A stretch of DNA of 48,954 bases from an uncultured Candidatus Saccharibacteria bacterium (GTDB lineage Bacteria > Patescibacteriota > Minisyncoccia > UBA6257 > UBA9933). The position numbers and the translations under genes are program-made. The first letter of the stretch is position 1. Each line of letters begins with the position of its first letter. Below, one piece after another: positions 1 through 9,040 of this stretch. Below the pieces are notes generated by a model that worked only from the letters and a program-made list of their open reading frames with translations, was not told where the DNA came from and searched no databases. The stretch spans positions 1 to 48,954 of the forward strand of contig CAYRXZ010000004.1 of NCBI GenBank assembly GCA_964428615.1. Direction: 5' to 3'.

Positions 1-610
1 TGTAATGTTCACCCGGAATTGATTCCGTGTAAAACATAATTCCACTCGCTCTGCCTAAATCAACATAAACATTCCCGCGTTCAATTCTTTGAACTGTACC
101 GCTTACTATTTCACCCTCTTTCCCAATGTATTCTTTTTTTACCGAATCTCTTTCAATTTCCCTGATTTTTTGCAAAACAACTTGCTTGGCAGCTTGCGAA
201 GCAATTCTACCAAAATCTGATTCATCTCCAAGCGGGAATTCAAGTTCATCGCCCACTGCGGCACTTTTTTTTGTTTCCTTCGCTTCTTTCAGCCAAATGT
301 GCCTGTCGGGATTATAAACCGGTAAAAGCTCTTCGTCTGATTCAACTCTTTCTTTTTCAATTTCGCCTTCTTTAATTTCTTCTTTCACGCGCACAGTATT
401 TTCATCAACAATAAGCTTAATCTGCGAAAATTTCATATCTCCGGTTTTAGAATTTAATTTGCATTTAATAAGCTCGCCTTTTTTGCGATATTCTTTTCTA
501 TAAGCCGCGGCAAGAGCCGCCTCAATAGCGCCAAAAATTGCTTCGGCGTCTATTCCTTTTTCTTGAGCAATCGTCTCAATCGCTCTGTTTAAAGCTTTAA
601 GATCTAACAT
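1..610 (-). CDS. nusA: Transcription termination/antitermination factor NusA (3' part runs off window start)
   Basis: Not in the ORF track. Minus-strand translation from ATG at 610: MLDLKALNRAIETIAQEKGIDAEAIFGAIEAALAAAYRKEY...DFGRIASQAAKQVVLQKIREIER...GEIVSGTVQRIERGNVYVDLGR, which is the NusA N-domain plus the start of S1. Confidence 0.95.
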   Translation of the reverse strand, partial: MLDLKALNRAIETIAQEKGIDAEAIFGAIEAALAAAYRKEYRKKGELIKCKLNSKTGDMKFSQIKLIVDENTVRVKEEIKEGEIEKERVESDEELLPVYNPDRHIWLKEAKETKKSAAVGDELEFPLGDESDFGRIASQAAKQVVLQKIREIERDSVKKEYIGKEGEIVSGTVQRIERGNVYVDLGRASGIMFYTESIPGEHY

Positions 611-736
611 TTTTTAAAATGCCCCTAAGGGCTTTATTAATATTAATAATATGTAAAAGAATAAAAAGTGTCAAATTATGAATGTGCCAATAATTTTCTT
701 GCGTGAACCAACGACCTCAATTATAATGGAGCTATT

Positions 737-3700
737 ATGAAATTTGTCCATTTACATACACATTCTCATTATTCCCTATTAGACGGGTTGGCAAAGATTG
801 ATGATATCATCGATCGCGCCAAGGAGTTAGGGATGAAAGCGGTCGCCCTTACCGATCATGGAAATCTTTACGGCGCGATTGAATTTTATAAAAAGGCTAC
901 CAAGGCCGAAATAAAGCCGATATTAGGAGTCGAAACCTATGTCGCTCCCCGCTCGCGTTTTAAAAAAGAAAATAAAATAGACGACCAATATTCCCATTTA
1001 ATTTTGCTTTGCGAAAACAACACCGGCTGGAGAAATTTAATCCAACTTGTCACCAAATCTTATCTTGAAGGATTTTATTATAAGCCCCGCGTTGATAAAG
1101 AAATTTTACAACAACACCACGAAGGCCTTATCGCGCTTTCGGCTTGTGTCTCTGGGGAAATTTCACAACTCATTTTAAATCAAGGAATTGAAGATGCGGA
1201 AAAAAAGGTGCGTGAATACCAGGAAATTTTCGGCAAAGAAAATTTCTTTCTTGAAATAGGCTATCACCCAAATTTCCCCGATGCGGAAAAAGCGAATATC
1301 GGTCTAAAAAAACTTTCGGAAATTACCGGCGCTCCGCTCGTGGCAACCCAAGACATCCACTACATGAAATCCGAAGACGCCGAATATCACGATATTCTTT
1401 TAGCGGTGCAAACAGGCAATAAAACTTCCGACGACGACAGGCTCACCCTGAAAGCCGATGATTTTTCTATGCGTTCACAAGAAGACATGATGGAAATTTT
1501 CAAAGATACTCCAGAAGCAATTGAAAATACTATTAAAATCGCCGAAAGATGTGAAGTCAATATCGCGCTAAACAAAATTCTTCTTCCTACATTCCAATTA
1601 CCCAAAGACGAAACTTCTTCTATTGAATATCTTAAAAAATTAGCCGATAAAGGGCTTTCTGAACGTTTTGAAATAGCCGATGCAAAAATTACTGAACGCT
1701 TGGATTATGAAATTAACGTCATTGAAAAAACTGGTTTCGCTGATTATTTTCTTATCGTTCAAGATTTTGTAAATTGGGCAAAAGAAAGAGGTATAATCGT
1801 GGGCCCGGGAAGAGGTTCGGCAGCCGGTAGTTTAGTTTCATATGTTTTAGGAATTACCGATTTAAACCCGTTAAAATACGATTTGCTTTTTGAAAGATTT
1901 TTAAACCCAGACAGAATTTCGATGCCGGATATTGATATGGACTTTACAGATGTCCGCCGCGATGAAGTTTTCGGTTATATCCGCGAAAAATACGGTGAAG
2001 ACAAAGTCGCTCAAATTATTACATTTGGAACAATGGCCGCCCGCGCCGCCATTCGCGACGCTGGCCGCGCTTTGGGAATGCCTTATTCACTTTGCGACCA
2101 ACTTTCAAAAATGATTCCATTTAATCCCACACAAGGAATGAAATTCGGTTGGCTTGATAAATCACTCCAGAAAGTTGCCGAATTTAAAGAAGCTTATGAA
2201 ACAAATCCCGACGCGAAAAAAATAATAGATGCGGCAAAACATCTTGAAGGCGTTGCCCGCCATGCTTCCGTCCACGCCTGCGGAATAGTTATTAGTAAAG
2301 ATACGCTTACGGATTTTGTCCCACTCCAAAGAGCGCCTCAAGACCAAAATATCATTATCACCCAATTTGAAATGCATAGTATTGAAGATTTGGGCTTATT
2401 AAAAATGGACTTACTCGGGTTGAAAAACCTTACTATTATCGAAGAAAGTATTAGACTCATAAAAGAAATTAGCGGCGATGAGATAAATATTTCCAAACTT
2501 TCACTAAATGACAAAAAAGTGTTTAAACTTCTTCAAGAGGGCGACACCACCGGGGTTTTTCAATTGGAATCTTCAGGTATGCGCCGGTATCTTAAAGATT
2601 TAAAACCCAATGAATTTGAAGATATTATTGCTATGGTGGCGCTTTATCGTCCGGGCCCGATTGAGCTTATTCCTTCTTTTGTTAATCGTAAACACGGCAA
2701 AGAAAAAGTAACATACCTTCACCCAAAGCTTGAGCCAATTTTAGAAAGTACTTACGGCATTGGAATTTACCAGGAGCAAATGATGAAGATAGCGCAAGAA
2801 CTCGGCGGTTTTACTCTTGCCGAAGCCGACACACTACGAAAGGCTATCGGTAAAAAAATAAAATCTTTGCTCGACGCCCAAAAAGAAAAATTTATAGAAG
2901 GTGAAATTAAAAACGGCATAGATAAAAAAATTGCTGAGGAAGTTTGGGATCTTTTCCCTCCTTTTGCTCGTTATGGCTTTAATAAATCACATGCCGCTTG
3001 CTACGCCTTAATTGCCTACCGTACCGCCTACCTTAAAGCTTATTGGCCGATTGAATTTATGACCGCTCTTTTGAACTCCGATTCAGGAGACACCGATAGA
3101 ATTTCTTTTTTAATGTCCGAAGCGCAAAAAAAAGAAATTAAAATTCTTCCGCCTGATGCCAATAGTAGTTTCGCTAATTTCGCCCCCGAAGAAAAAAATA
3201 TCCGTTTCGGACTTTTGGCGATTAAAAACGTGGGTGCTGCTATCGTAGAAGCGATTATCGAAGAACGCCAACGCGGCGGCCCGTACCAAAACATGACAGA
3301 CTTTCTTACTCGCGTCAGACACAAAGATTTGAACAAAAAATCTTTAGAAAGTATGATAAAAGTTGGGGTGTTTGATTCATTTGGAATGGATCGCGGCGTT
3401 TTACTGGCAAATCTTGATAATATTCTTGCTTTTTGCCAAAATATTAAAAAGTCTGAAAATTCCTCGCAAACCGGACTTTTTGGGAATAATTATCACAGCC
3501 CGGCGCTTTTTGAAAAAAACAAAGAAGGCCAAATTGCTCTGCCAAAAGACAAACTTGCATGGGAAAGAGAGCTTCTCGGCCTTTACATTTCAGGCCATCC
3601 GTTAAGCGGCTATCTTGAAAAAATTAAAAAATTCAGCCCAACGCCGATTAAAAAAATATTGGCGGAAAAAGAAGGGTCTAATGGCGATACCGCTCAAATC

Positions 3701-3928
3701 ACCGGAGTAATCCTGAAAATCCATAGAATTGTCAGCAAGCTCGGCCAGCAAATTTTATTCGTTATGATTGAAGATTTAAGCGGTTCTATTGAAATAATAG
3801 TTTTCTCGGATACTTTGGCAAAAAATCCGGCGATATGGCGCGATAATAACATTATTGTCGCAAACGGCAAGGTTTCGTGGCGTAATGGCGAACCTAAGTT
3901 TATCTGTCAACAAGCAATAGAACTCTAA
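737..3928 (+). CDS. dnaE: DNA polymerase III alpha subunit
   Basis: PHP motif FVHLHTHSHYSLLDG, GPGRGSAAGS, catalytic PDIDMDF, FNKSHA, C-terminal OB fold. Confidence 0.98.
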   Translation: MKFVHLHTHSHYSLLDGLAKIDDIIDRAKELGMKAVALTDHGNLYGAIEFYKKATKAEIKPILGVETYVAPRSRFKKENKIDDQYSHLILLCENNTGWRNLIQLVTKSYLEGFYYKPRVDKEILQQHHEGLIALSACVSGEISQLILNQGIEDAEKKVREYQEIFGKENFFLEIGYHPNFPDAEKANIGLKKLSEITGAPLVATQDIHYMKSEDAEYHDILLAVQTGNKTSDDDRLTLKADDFSMRSQEDMMEIFKDTPEAIENTIKIAERCEVNIALNKILLPTFQLPKDETSSIEYLKKLADKGLSERFEIADAKITERLDYEINVIEKTGFADYFLIVQDFVNWAKERGIIVGPGRGSAAGSLVSYVLGITDLNPLKYDLLFERFLNPDRISMPDIDMDFTDVRRDEVFGYIREKYGEDKVAQIITFGTMAARAAIRDAGRALGMPYSLCDQLSKMIPFNPTQGMKFGWLDKSLQKVAEFKEAYETNPDAKKIIDAAKHLEGVARHASVHACGIVISKDTLTDFVPLQRAPQDQNIIITQFEMHSIEDLGLLKMDLLGLKNLTIIEESIRLIKEISGDEINISKLSLNDKKVFKLLQEGDTTGVFQLESSGMRRYLKDLKPNEFEDIIAMVALYRPGPIELIPSFVNRKHGKEKVTYLHPKLEPILESTYGIGIYQEQMMKIAQELGGFTLAEADTLRKAIGKKIKSLLDAQKEKFIEGEIKNGIDKKIAEEVWDLFPPFARYGFNKSHAACYALIAYRTAYLKAYWPIEFMTALLNSDSGDTDRISFLMSEAQKKEIKILPPDANSSFANFAPEEKNIRFGLLAIKNVGAAIVEAIIEERQRGGPYQNMTDFLTRVRHKDLNKKSLESMIKVGVFDSFGMDRGVLLANLDNILAFCQNIKKSENSSQTGLFGNNYHSPALFEKNKEGQIALPKDKLAWERELLGLYISGHPLSGYLEKIKKFSPTPIKKILAEKEGSNGDTAQITGVILKIHRIVSKLGQQILFVMIEDLSGSIEIIVFSDTLAKNPAIWRDNNIIVANGKVSWRNGEPKFICQQAIEL

Positions 3929-3947
3929 ATTATTAGAATTTTATTAT

Positions 3948-3975
3948 TTGACAATAAATTAAACTATCTTATAAT
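3948..3975 (+). promoter_or_regulatory. Sigma70-type promoter of the T-box-thrS transcript
   Basis: Exact TTGACA (3948-3953), 16-nt spacer, exact TATAAT (3970-3975), immediately 5' of the T-box leader. Confidence 0.85.
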
Positions 3976-3980
3976 AAAAA

Positions 3981-4147
3981 GAGAAGCTGTGAGACGAACT
4001 CACCAATCGTTGAGCTCTCGCTATAGTCGGCGATACGACTAAAAAAGTGGTCTCGCCTAGCGAGACAAATTGGGTGGAACCACGAGGAACTTAAAGCCCC
4101 GTCCCAAGAGTTTGCTTTTTGCAAATTTTTAGGATGGGGTTTTTATT
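3981..4147 (+). promoter_or_regulatory. T-box riboswitch (Thr, ACC specifier) with antiterminator and intrinsic terminator
   Basis: T-box motif AATTGGGTGGAACCACG (4068-4084). Antiterminator pairings TTGGG/CCCAA and ACGAGG/CCCCGT. Overlapping terminator hairpin 4095-4147 with T-tract. ACC at 4002-4004 in the first hairpin loop. Lies directly upstream of thrS. Confidence 0.9.
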
Positions 4148-4166
4148 AAAAATAATTATTAAAAAT

Positions 4167-5924
4167 ATGAAAAAAAATAAATTAGAAAATCAAATAGAAA
4201 ATATTCGCCATTCTCTTTCGCATCTATTAGCGATGACGGTTTTGGAAAAATTTCCCAAAGCTAAATTAGGAATTGGACCAACTATTGAAAACGGTTTTTA
4301 TTATGATTTTGACGGTATAAAAATAACAGACACCGATTTGCCGGAATTGGCGAAAAAAATTCGCGAACTTATAAAACAAAATTTGGAATTCAAGGGGGGA
4401 TCCATTACTTTCGCTGAAGTAAAAAAAATATTCAAAGACCAACCCTATAAATTAGAACTCGCAGAAGAATTCAATAAAAATAAAGAAAAAATATCTGTTT
4501 ATAAAACTCAAAACTTTATCGATTTATGCGCCGGACCGCATATTAAATCAACCAAAGAAATAAACCCCGACGCTTTCAAGCTTACCAAAATCGCTGGCGC
4601 TTACTGGCGGGGCGACGAAAAAAATAAAATGCTCACTCGTATTTACGGCGTAGCATTTAAAACAGAAAAAGAGCTTAAAGATTATTTAAAAATGATAGAA
4701 GAGGCTGAAAAACGCGACCACAGAAAACTCGGTAAAGAACTCGATTTGTTCTGTTTTTCTGAATTAGTTGGTCCTGGACTGCCATTATTTACCCCCAAAG
4801 GAACAATCATTAAAGAAGAATTACAAAAAGAAATTGAAAAAATTTGCAGAAGTTACGGGTTTAAAAAAGTATCTACACCCCATTTGGCGAAAATTGATCT
4901 TTATGAAATATCGGGACACGCAAAAAAATTCAGCGATGAATTATTTCATGTATCTTCCGCAAAAAAACACGACTTCGTAATGAAGCCTGTGCAATGCCCT
5001 CATCAAACCCAAATATACGCTTCAAAGCCAAGATCTTACAAAGACTTGCCCATAAGATACATGGAATCTGAAAAACAATACAGAGCTGAAAAGGCAGGCG
5101 AAGTTGGCGGACTAACAAGAGTTTATGCTATAACCTGCGAAGACGGCCACACTTTTTGCACAAAAGAACAGGTAAAAAATGAAGTTAAGGCATTAGTAAA
5201 CATAATAAAAGATTTTTATACCTCAATGGGTCTTTGGAAAAATCATTGGGTTTCTTTATCGACAAGAGGAAAAGACTTTAGCAAATATATCGGCGAAAAA
5301 AAAGATTGGGATTTATGCGAAAAAATACTTCAAGAAGTTTCTGATGAAATGAACTTAAAAGCGAAAAAGTGCCCGGGAGAAGCGGCATTATACGGGCCTA
5401 AATTGGACTTCATGTTTAAAGACGCTATTGGCAAAGAAATTCAAATTCCAACTGTGCAAATTGATTTTGCAACACCTAAAAAATTCAATCTAACTTACAT
5501 TGATACCGACGGAAAAGAAAAAAACCCCGTAATGGTACATAGAGCAATCCTAGGTTCTTATGAAAGATTTTTAGCGCTAATAATAGAACATTTTATTGGC
5601 GCTTTTCCGCTTTGGCTCTCCCCTGTTCAAGCCATGATTTTACCAATTAGCGAAAAACAAAATTCTTATGCCCAAAAAATTGCCGATGAATTGAAAAAAG
5701 AAAATATCAGAGCTGAAATCCCGGATTCAAATGAAACCTTAGGGAAGAGAATCCGGGAGGCTGAAATAAAAAAAATTCCTTATATTTTAGTTGTCGGCGA
5801 CAAAGAAATCGCCGAAGAATCCGTCGCAGTCCGCCAACGTGGCAAAGGAGATTTAGGCGCAATGAAAATAGAAAAACTTATTGAAAAACTTAAAAAAGAA
5901 ATTGAAGAAAAAACAATCTCCTAA
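4167..5924 (+). CDS. thrS: Threonyl-tRNA synthetase (short form lacking the TGS domain)
   Basis: IRHSLSHLLA, DLCAGPH, GAYWRGD, RDHRKLG, GEAALYGPKLD, anticodon-binding domain. Start placed at ATG 4167, downstream of the terminator. Confidence 0.97.
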   Translation: MKKNKLENQIENIRHSLSHLLAMTVLEKFPKAKLGIGPTIENGFYYDFDGIKITDTDLPELAKKIRELIKQNLEFKGGSITFAEVKKIFKDQPYKLELAEEFNKNKEKISVYKTQNFIDLCAGPHIKSTKEINPDAFKLTKIAGAYWRGDEKNKMLTRIYGVAFKTEKELKDYLKMIEEAEKRDHRKLGKELDLFCFSELVGPGLPLFTPKGTIIKEELQKEIEKICRSYGFKKVSTPHLAKIDLYEISGHAKKFSDELFHVSSAKKHDFVMKPVQCPHQTQIYASKPRSYKDLPIRYMESEKQYRAEKAGEVGGLTRVYAITCEDGHTFCTKEQVKNEVKALVNIIKDFYTSMGLWKNHWVSLSTRGKDFSKYIGEKKDWDLCEKILQEVSDEMNLKAKKCPGEAALYGPKLDFMFKDAIGKEIQIPTVQIDFATPKKFNLTYIDTDGKEKNPVMVHRAILGSYERFLALIIEHFIGAFPLWLSPVQAMILPISEKQNSYAQKIADELKKENIRAEIPDSNETLGKRIREAEIKKIPYILVVGDKEIAEESVAVRQRGKGDLGAMKIEKLIEKLKKEIEEKTIS

Positions 5925-6900
5925 AATAAAAATATTAGTTATTTTAGGCCCTACAGCCTCGGGTAAATCAGATCTGGCGGTAAAAATCGCCCTTCGACTC
6001 AGCTCGGGACAAGCCAAAAAGAAATTCGGAATAAATGGGGCCGAAATAATTTCCGCCGATTCCCGGCAAGTTTACAAAGGACTTAATATCGGCAGCGGTA
6101 AAATAACAAAAAAAGAGATGCGAGGCACCCCGCATTACCTTTTAGATATCGCTTCCCCGAAACGCACATTTACTGTTTCCCAATACCAAAAACTCGCCGG
6201 GAAAAAGATTAAAGAAATCTTAAAACGAGGTAAAATTCCAATAATTTGCGGCGGCACAGGTTTTTATATTGACGCTCTTATTTATGACTATAAACTGCCC
6301 GAAGTTCCGCCCCAACCAAAACTGAGAAGAGAGCTCGAAAAAAAATCGGCCATTGAACTTTTTAAACAACTTAAAAAACTCGACTCGCAACGCGCCAAAA
6401 ACATAGATAGATTTAACAAGCGCCGACTAATAAGAGCATTAGAAATCGTTTTAACCACTAAAAAACCCGTACCGCCGCATACTTTCCTAAAGGAAAGTAA
6501 ACAAAATTATGATATTTTGTTTATTGGAATTAAAAAGCCGCAAGAAGAATTAAAAAAACTAATTGCTAAACGGCTTAAAAAACGCCTCAAGCAAGGCATG
6601 TTAAAAGAAGTAGAAAAACTACACAAACCCTTCGGATCGGCTCAGGGTAAATCCGGCGTTTCGTGGAAAAAGCTGGAAAGTTTCGGTCTGGAATACCGTT
6701 GGCTCGCCAGATATCTGCAAAATAAAGTCCTTCGACAAGCTCAGGATAAATCAGCCTACCAAACAATGGTTTCACTTCTTCAAAAAGACATAGAACATTA
6801 CGCCAAACGTCAAATGACATGGTTTAAGAGAAATAAAAATATTAATTGGGTTGAGAATTACAAAGAGACCAAAAATTTAACTAATAAATTTATCTATTAA
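5881..6900 (+). CDS. miaA: tRNA dimethylallyltransferase
   Basis: GPTASGKS, EIISADSRQVY, GGTGFYI, YAKRQMTWF. TTG start overlaps the thrS end by 44 nt; exact start uncertain. Confidence 0.95.
   Translation: MKNLKKKLKKKQSPKIKILVILGPTASGKSDLAVKIALRLSSGQAKKKFGINGAEIISADSRQVYKGLNIGSGKITKKEMRGTPHYLLDIASPKRTFTVSQYQKLAGKKIKEILKRGKIPIICGGTGFYIDALIYDYKLPEVPPQPKLRRELEKKSAIELFKQLKKLDSQRAKNIDRFNKRRLIRALEIVLTTKKPVPPHTFLKESKQNYDILFIGIKKPQEELKKLIAKRLKKRLKQGMLKEVEKLHKPFGSAQGKSGVSWKKLESFGLEYRWLARYLQNKVLRQAQDKSAYQTMVSLLQKDIEHYAKRQMTWFKRNKNINWVENYKETKNLTNKFIY
5989..6015 (+). repeat. CTTCGACAAGCTCAGG-family hairpin element, in-frame in miaA (LRLSSGQ)
   Basis: gcccttcgactcagctcgggacaagcc; similar to copies at 6628, 6727, 13656, 39699 and 41104. 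Confidence 0.7.
6628..6651 (+). repeat. CTTCGACAAGCTCAGG-family hairpin element, in-frame in miaA (PFGSAQGK)
   Basis: cccttcggatcggctcagggtaaa. Confidence 0.7.
6727..6750 (+). repeat. CTTCGACAAGCTCAGG-family hairpin element, in-frame in miaA (VLRQAQDK)
   Basis: gtccttcgacaagctcaggataaa; 17-nt core identical to the gyrB copy. Confidence 0.85.
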
Positions 6901-6905
6901 AATTA

Positions 6906-6945
6906 TTTACTATGATATCGTACGATCGTCTGATGTCATAGTAAA
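6906..6945. repeat. 40-bp near-perfect palindrome between convergent miaA and gatB (REP-like or bidirectional terminator)
   Basis: TTTACTATGATATCGTACGATCGTCTGATGTCATAGTAAA; symmetric around the central ACGATCGT. Confidence 0.7.
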
Positions 6946-6946
6946 A

Positions 6947-8362
6947 TTATCTTATTAACTCCTTTAGAATTTTCTTGAGCGCTTCGGGATTCCCCTTCCC
7001 TTTAAGTTTGGCCATTGCCTGGCCGATTAAAAATTGCAAAGCGGTTTCTTTGCCTTTTTTGTAATTTGCCACCGCTTCAGGATTTTCTTTGACTATTTCT
7101 TCAAGCGCGGGCCTTAATTCGTCTTCGCCGGAAATCTGCCTTAATCCGCCTTTTTCAATAATCTTATTCGGGTCCAAGCCCGTTAACGACATTTCTTTTA
7201 AAATATCTTTTGCCATACGGCTGGATAAATCGCCTTTCGCGATTAAAATAATCAAATCGGCAAAATTTTCAGGCGTAATTTTCAATTCTCCGAAGCCAAT
7301 TTTTTGCTCGATCATCAAACCCCTTAAATCGCTGGTTAAATAGTTAAAGAATAATTGAATATTTTTTTCTCCGTCCTCTGCTCCGGACTCCGAAACCGAT
7401 TCCTCAAAAAACTTTGATATCTTGCGGTCCTCAATTAAAGCCTCGGCCTGATTTTCCGAAAGCCCATATTCAGCCATAAATCTTTTCCTTTTCTCGGCCG
7501 GCAATTCGGGGATTTCCATTTTTAAAGCTTCCAGGTCAAATTCTTTTAAATTCATAGGTGATAAATCAGGCTCGGGAAAATATCTATAATCATGCGACTC
7601 TTCTTTTAAACGCTGGGAAACCGTGCGTCTTTTCGCTTCGTCCCAACCCCGAGTTTCTTGGACTATTTTTTCACCTCTTTCTAAAAGTTCCGACTGCCTT
7701 TCTATTTCATATTTTATGGCGTCGCCCACTACGCGGAAAGAATTAAGATTTTTTATCTCCACCTTTGTGCCTCGTTCATCGTCTTTGCTGACGGAAATAT
7801 TTACCTCAACCCGCATCTGCCCCTTTTCCATATCTGCGTTTGAAATCTCCAAATGGCGCATTATAAGCTGAAGCTCTTTGGCGAATTTAACCGCTTCTTC
7901 TCCACTTTTGATGTCGGGCTCGGTAACAAGCTCCATCAAAGGCAGGCTGGAACGGTTAAAATCAACCAACGAATAATCGTTATTTGCCGCATGCGCCAAT
8001 CGCGCCGTATCTTCTTCTAGGTGAACCCTAGTAATCCGCACACCGTTTAATTCTCCGCCCATAACAAGCGGTTTATCAAATTGCGAAATCTGGTAGCCTT
8101 TTGGCAAATCGGGATAAAAGTAATTCTTGCGGTCAAATTTTGACGTTTCGGGAAGCTTGCCGTTTAAGGCCATGCCCAGCTTTAAAACCGCTTCAACCGC
8201 TTTTTTGTTTATTGTCGGAAGCGCGCCAGGATGCCCCATACAAACAGGACAAATATTCATATTCGGATGTTTTTCTTCGGGGTCGTTCAAACACCCACAA
8301 AACATTTTTGTTTTGGTTTTCAACTCTATATGTATTTCTAAGCCTATTGTTGGTTTGTACAT
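6947..8362 (-). CDS. gatB: Asp/Glu-tRNA amidotransferase subunit B
   Basis: IGLEIHIELKTKTKMFC, FDRKNYFYPDLPKGYQISQ, DYRYFPEPDL. Confidence 0.98.
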   Translation of the reverse strand: MYKPTIGLEIHIELKTKTKMFCGCLNDPEEKHPNMNICPVCMGHPGALPTINKKAVEAVLKLGMALNGKLPETSKFDRKNYFYPDLPKGYQISQFDKPLVMGGELNGVRITRVHLEEDTARLAHAANNDYSLVDFNRSSLPLMELVTEPDIKSGEEAVKFAKELQLIMRHLEISNADMEKGQMRVEVNISVSKDDERGTKVEIKNLNSFRVVGDAIKYEIERQSELLERGEKIVQETRGWDEAKRRTVSQRLKEESHDYRYFPEPDLSPMNLKEFDLEALKMEIPELPAEKRKRFMAEYGLSENQAEALIEDRKISKFFEESVSESGAEDGEKNIQLFFNYLTSDLRGLMIEQKIGFGELKITPENFADLIILIAKGDLSSRMAKDILKEMSLTGLDPNKIIEKGGLRQISGEDELRPALEEIVKENPEAVANYKKGKETALQFLIGQAMAKLKGKGNPEALKKILKELIR

Positions 8363-8367
8363 AATGG

Positions 8368-8970
8368 TTAATTTAATTCTAGTAAATTTTCTTTAATATC
8401 GCTGGCAACCTCGACAATGCTTTTTTCTCCATTAATTATTTTAATATCTGGAAACCGCTTGCTCAAAATTTCAAATGTTTCCCAAATTTTTTTCAACTTA
8501 TCCAATTCCTCAAAAAATTCCCTTTCGCCGCGATTCTCATCAATTCTTTTAATGCAAATTTCCGGTCTAACTTTTAAAAGAAAGGTTATGTCCGGCCTCA
8601 AAAAGATTTCATTTATTTTAACCAACCAATCAACATTATTTATATCTAGCGAGCCGAAAGCTATTGTTGAATAAAAATATCTGTCTGAAATTACCCATTG
8701 TTTATTTTCAAGAGTTGGCACTATTGTCTTTTTTAAGTGTTCGGCTCTATCTGCGCAAAATAAAAGTTGAAACGCTGTCGGACTTACTGAAATTTCTTTT
8801 TTTAAAACTTGGCGAATTAAAGCGCCTATCGGCAGCTCTTTTGTCGGTTCTTTAGTTAAAACAACTGAAATATTTTTTTCTTTTTCCAGGTAATTCTTCA
8901 ACAAATCAGCCTGTGTGCTTTGCCCCGAACCATCAAGCCCTTCAAAAACTATAAATTTCCCTTTTTTCAT
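8368..8970 (-). CDS. tmk: Thymidylate kinase
   Basis: FIVFEGLDGSGQSTQ P-loop variant, KEP, ISDRYFYS. Start moved to MKKGKF because the longer start lies in a terminator. Confidence 0.95.
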   Translation of the reverse strand: MKKGKFIVFEGLDGSGQSTQADLLKNYLEKEKNISVVLTKEPTKELPIGALIRQVLKKEISVSPTAFQLLFCADRAEHLKKTIVPTLENKQWVISDRYFYSTIAFGSLDINNVDWLVKINEIFLRPDITFLLKVRPEICIKRIDENRGEREFFEELDKLKKIWETFEILSKRFPDIKIINGEKSIVEVASDIKENLLELN

Positions 8971-8985
8971 CAATTTTATATTAGC

Positions 8986-9014
8986 AAAAAGGGGCAGCAT
9001 GTGCTACCCCTTTC
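8986..9014 (-). terminator. Intrinsic terminator after thyX-like gene
   Basis: Minus strand: GAAAGGGGTAGCAC-AT-GCTGCCCCTTTTT. Confidence 0.7.
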
Positions 9015-9040
9015 GATAAAAAGTTCAAAATTAGTTAACC

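Noticed and set aside
126-317. 63-aa plus-strand ORF
   Set aside because: Antisense shadow of nusA, which occupies 1-610 on the minus strand.
4119-4166. N-terminal extension of ThrS from TTG 4119
   Set aside because: Lies within the T-box terminator hairpin; ATG 4167 is the plausible start.
6587-6820. Antisense ORF containing YPELVEG / YPEPIRR
   Set aside because: These peptides are the reverse reading of the hairpin repeat elements within miaA, not a gene.
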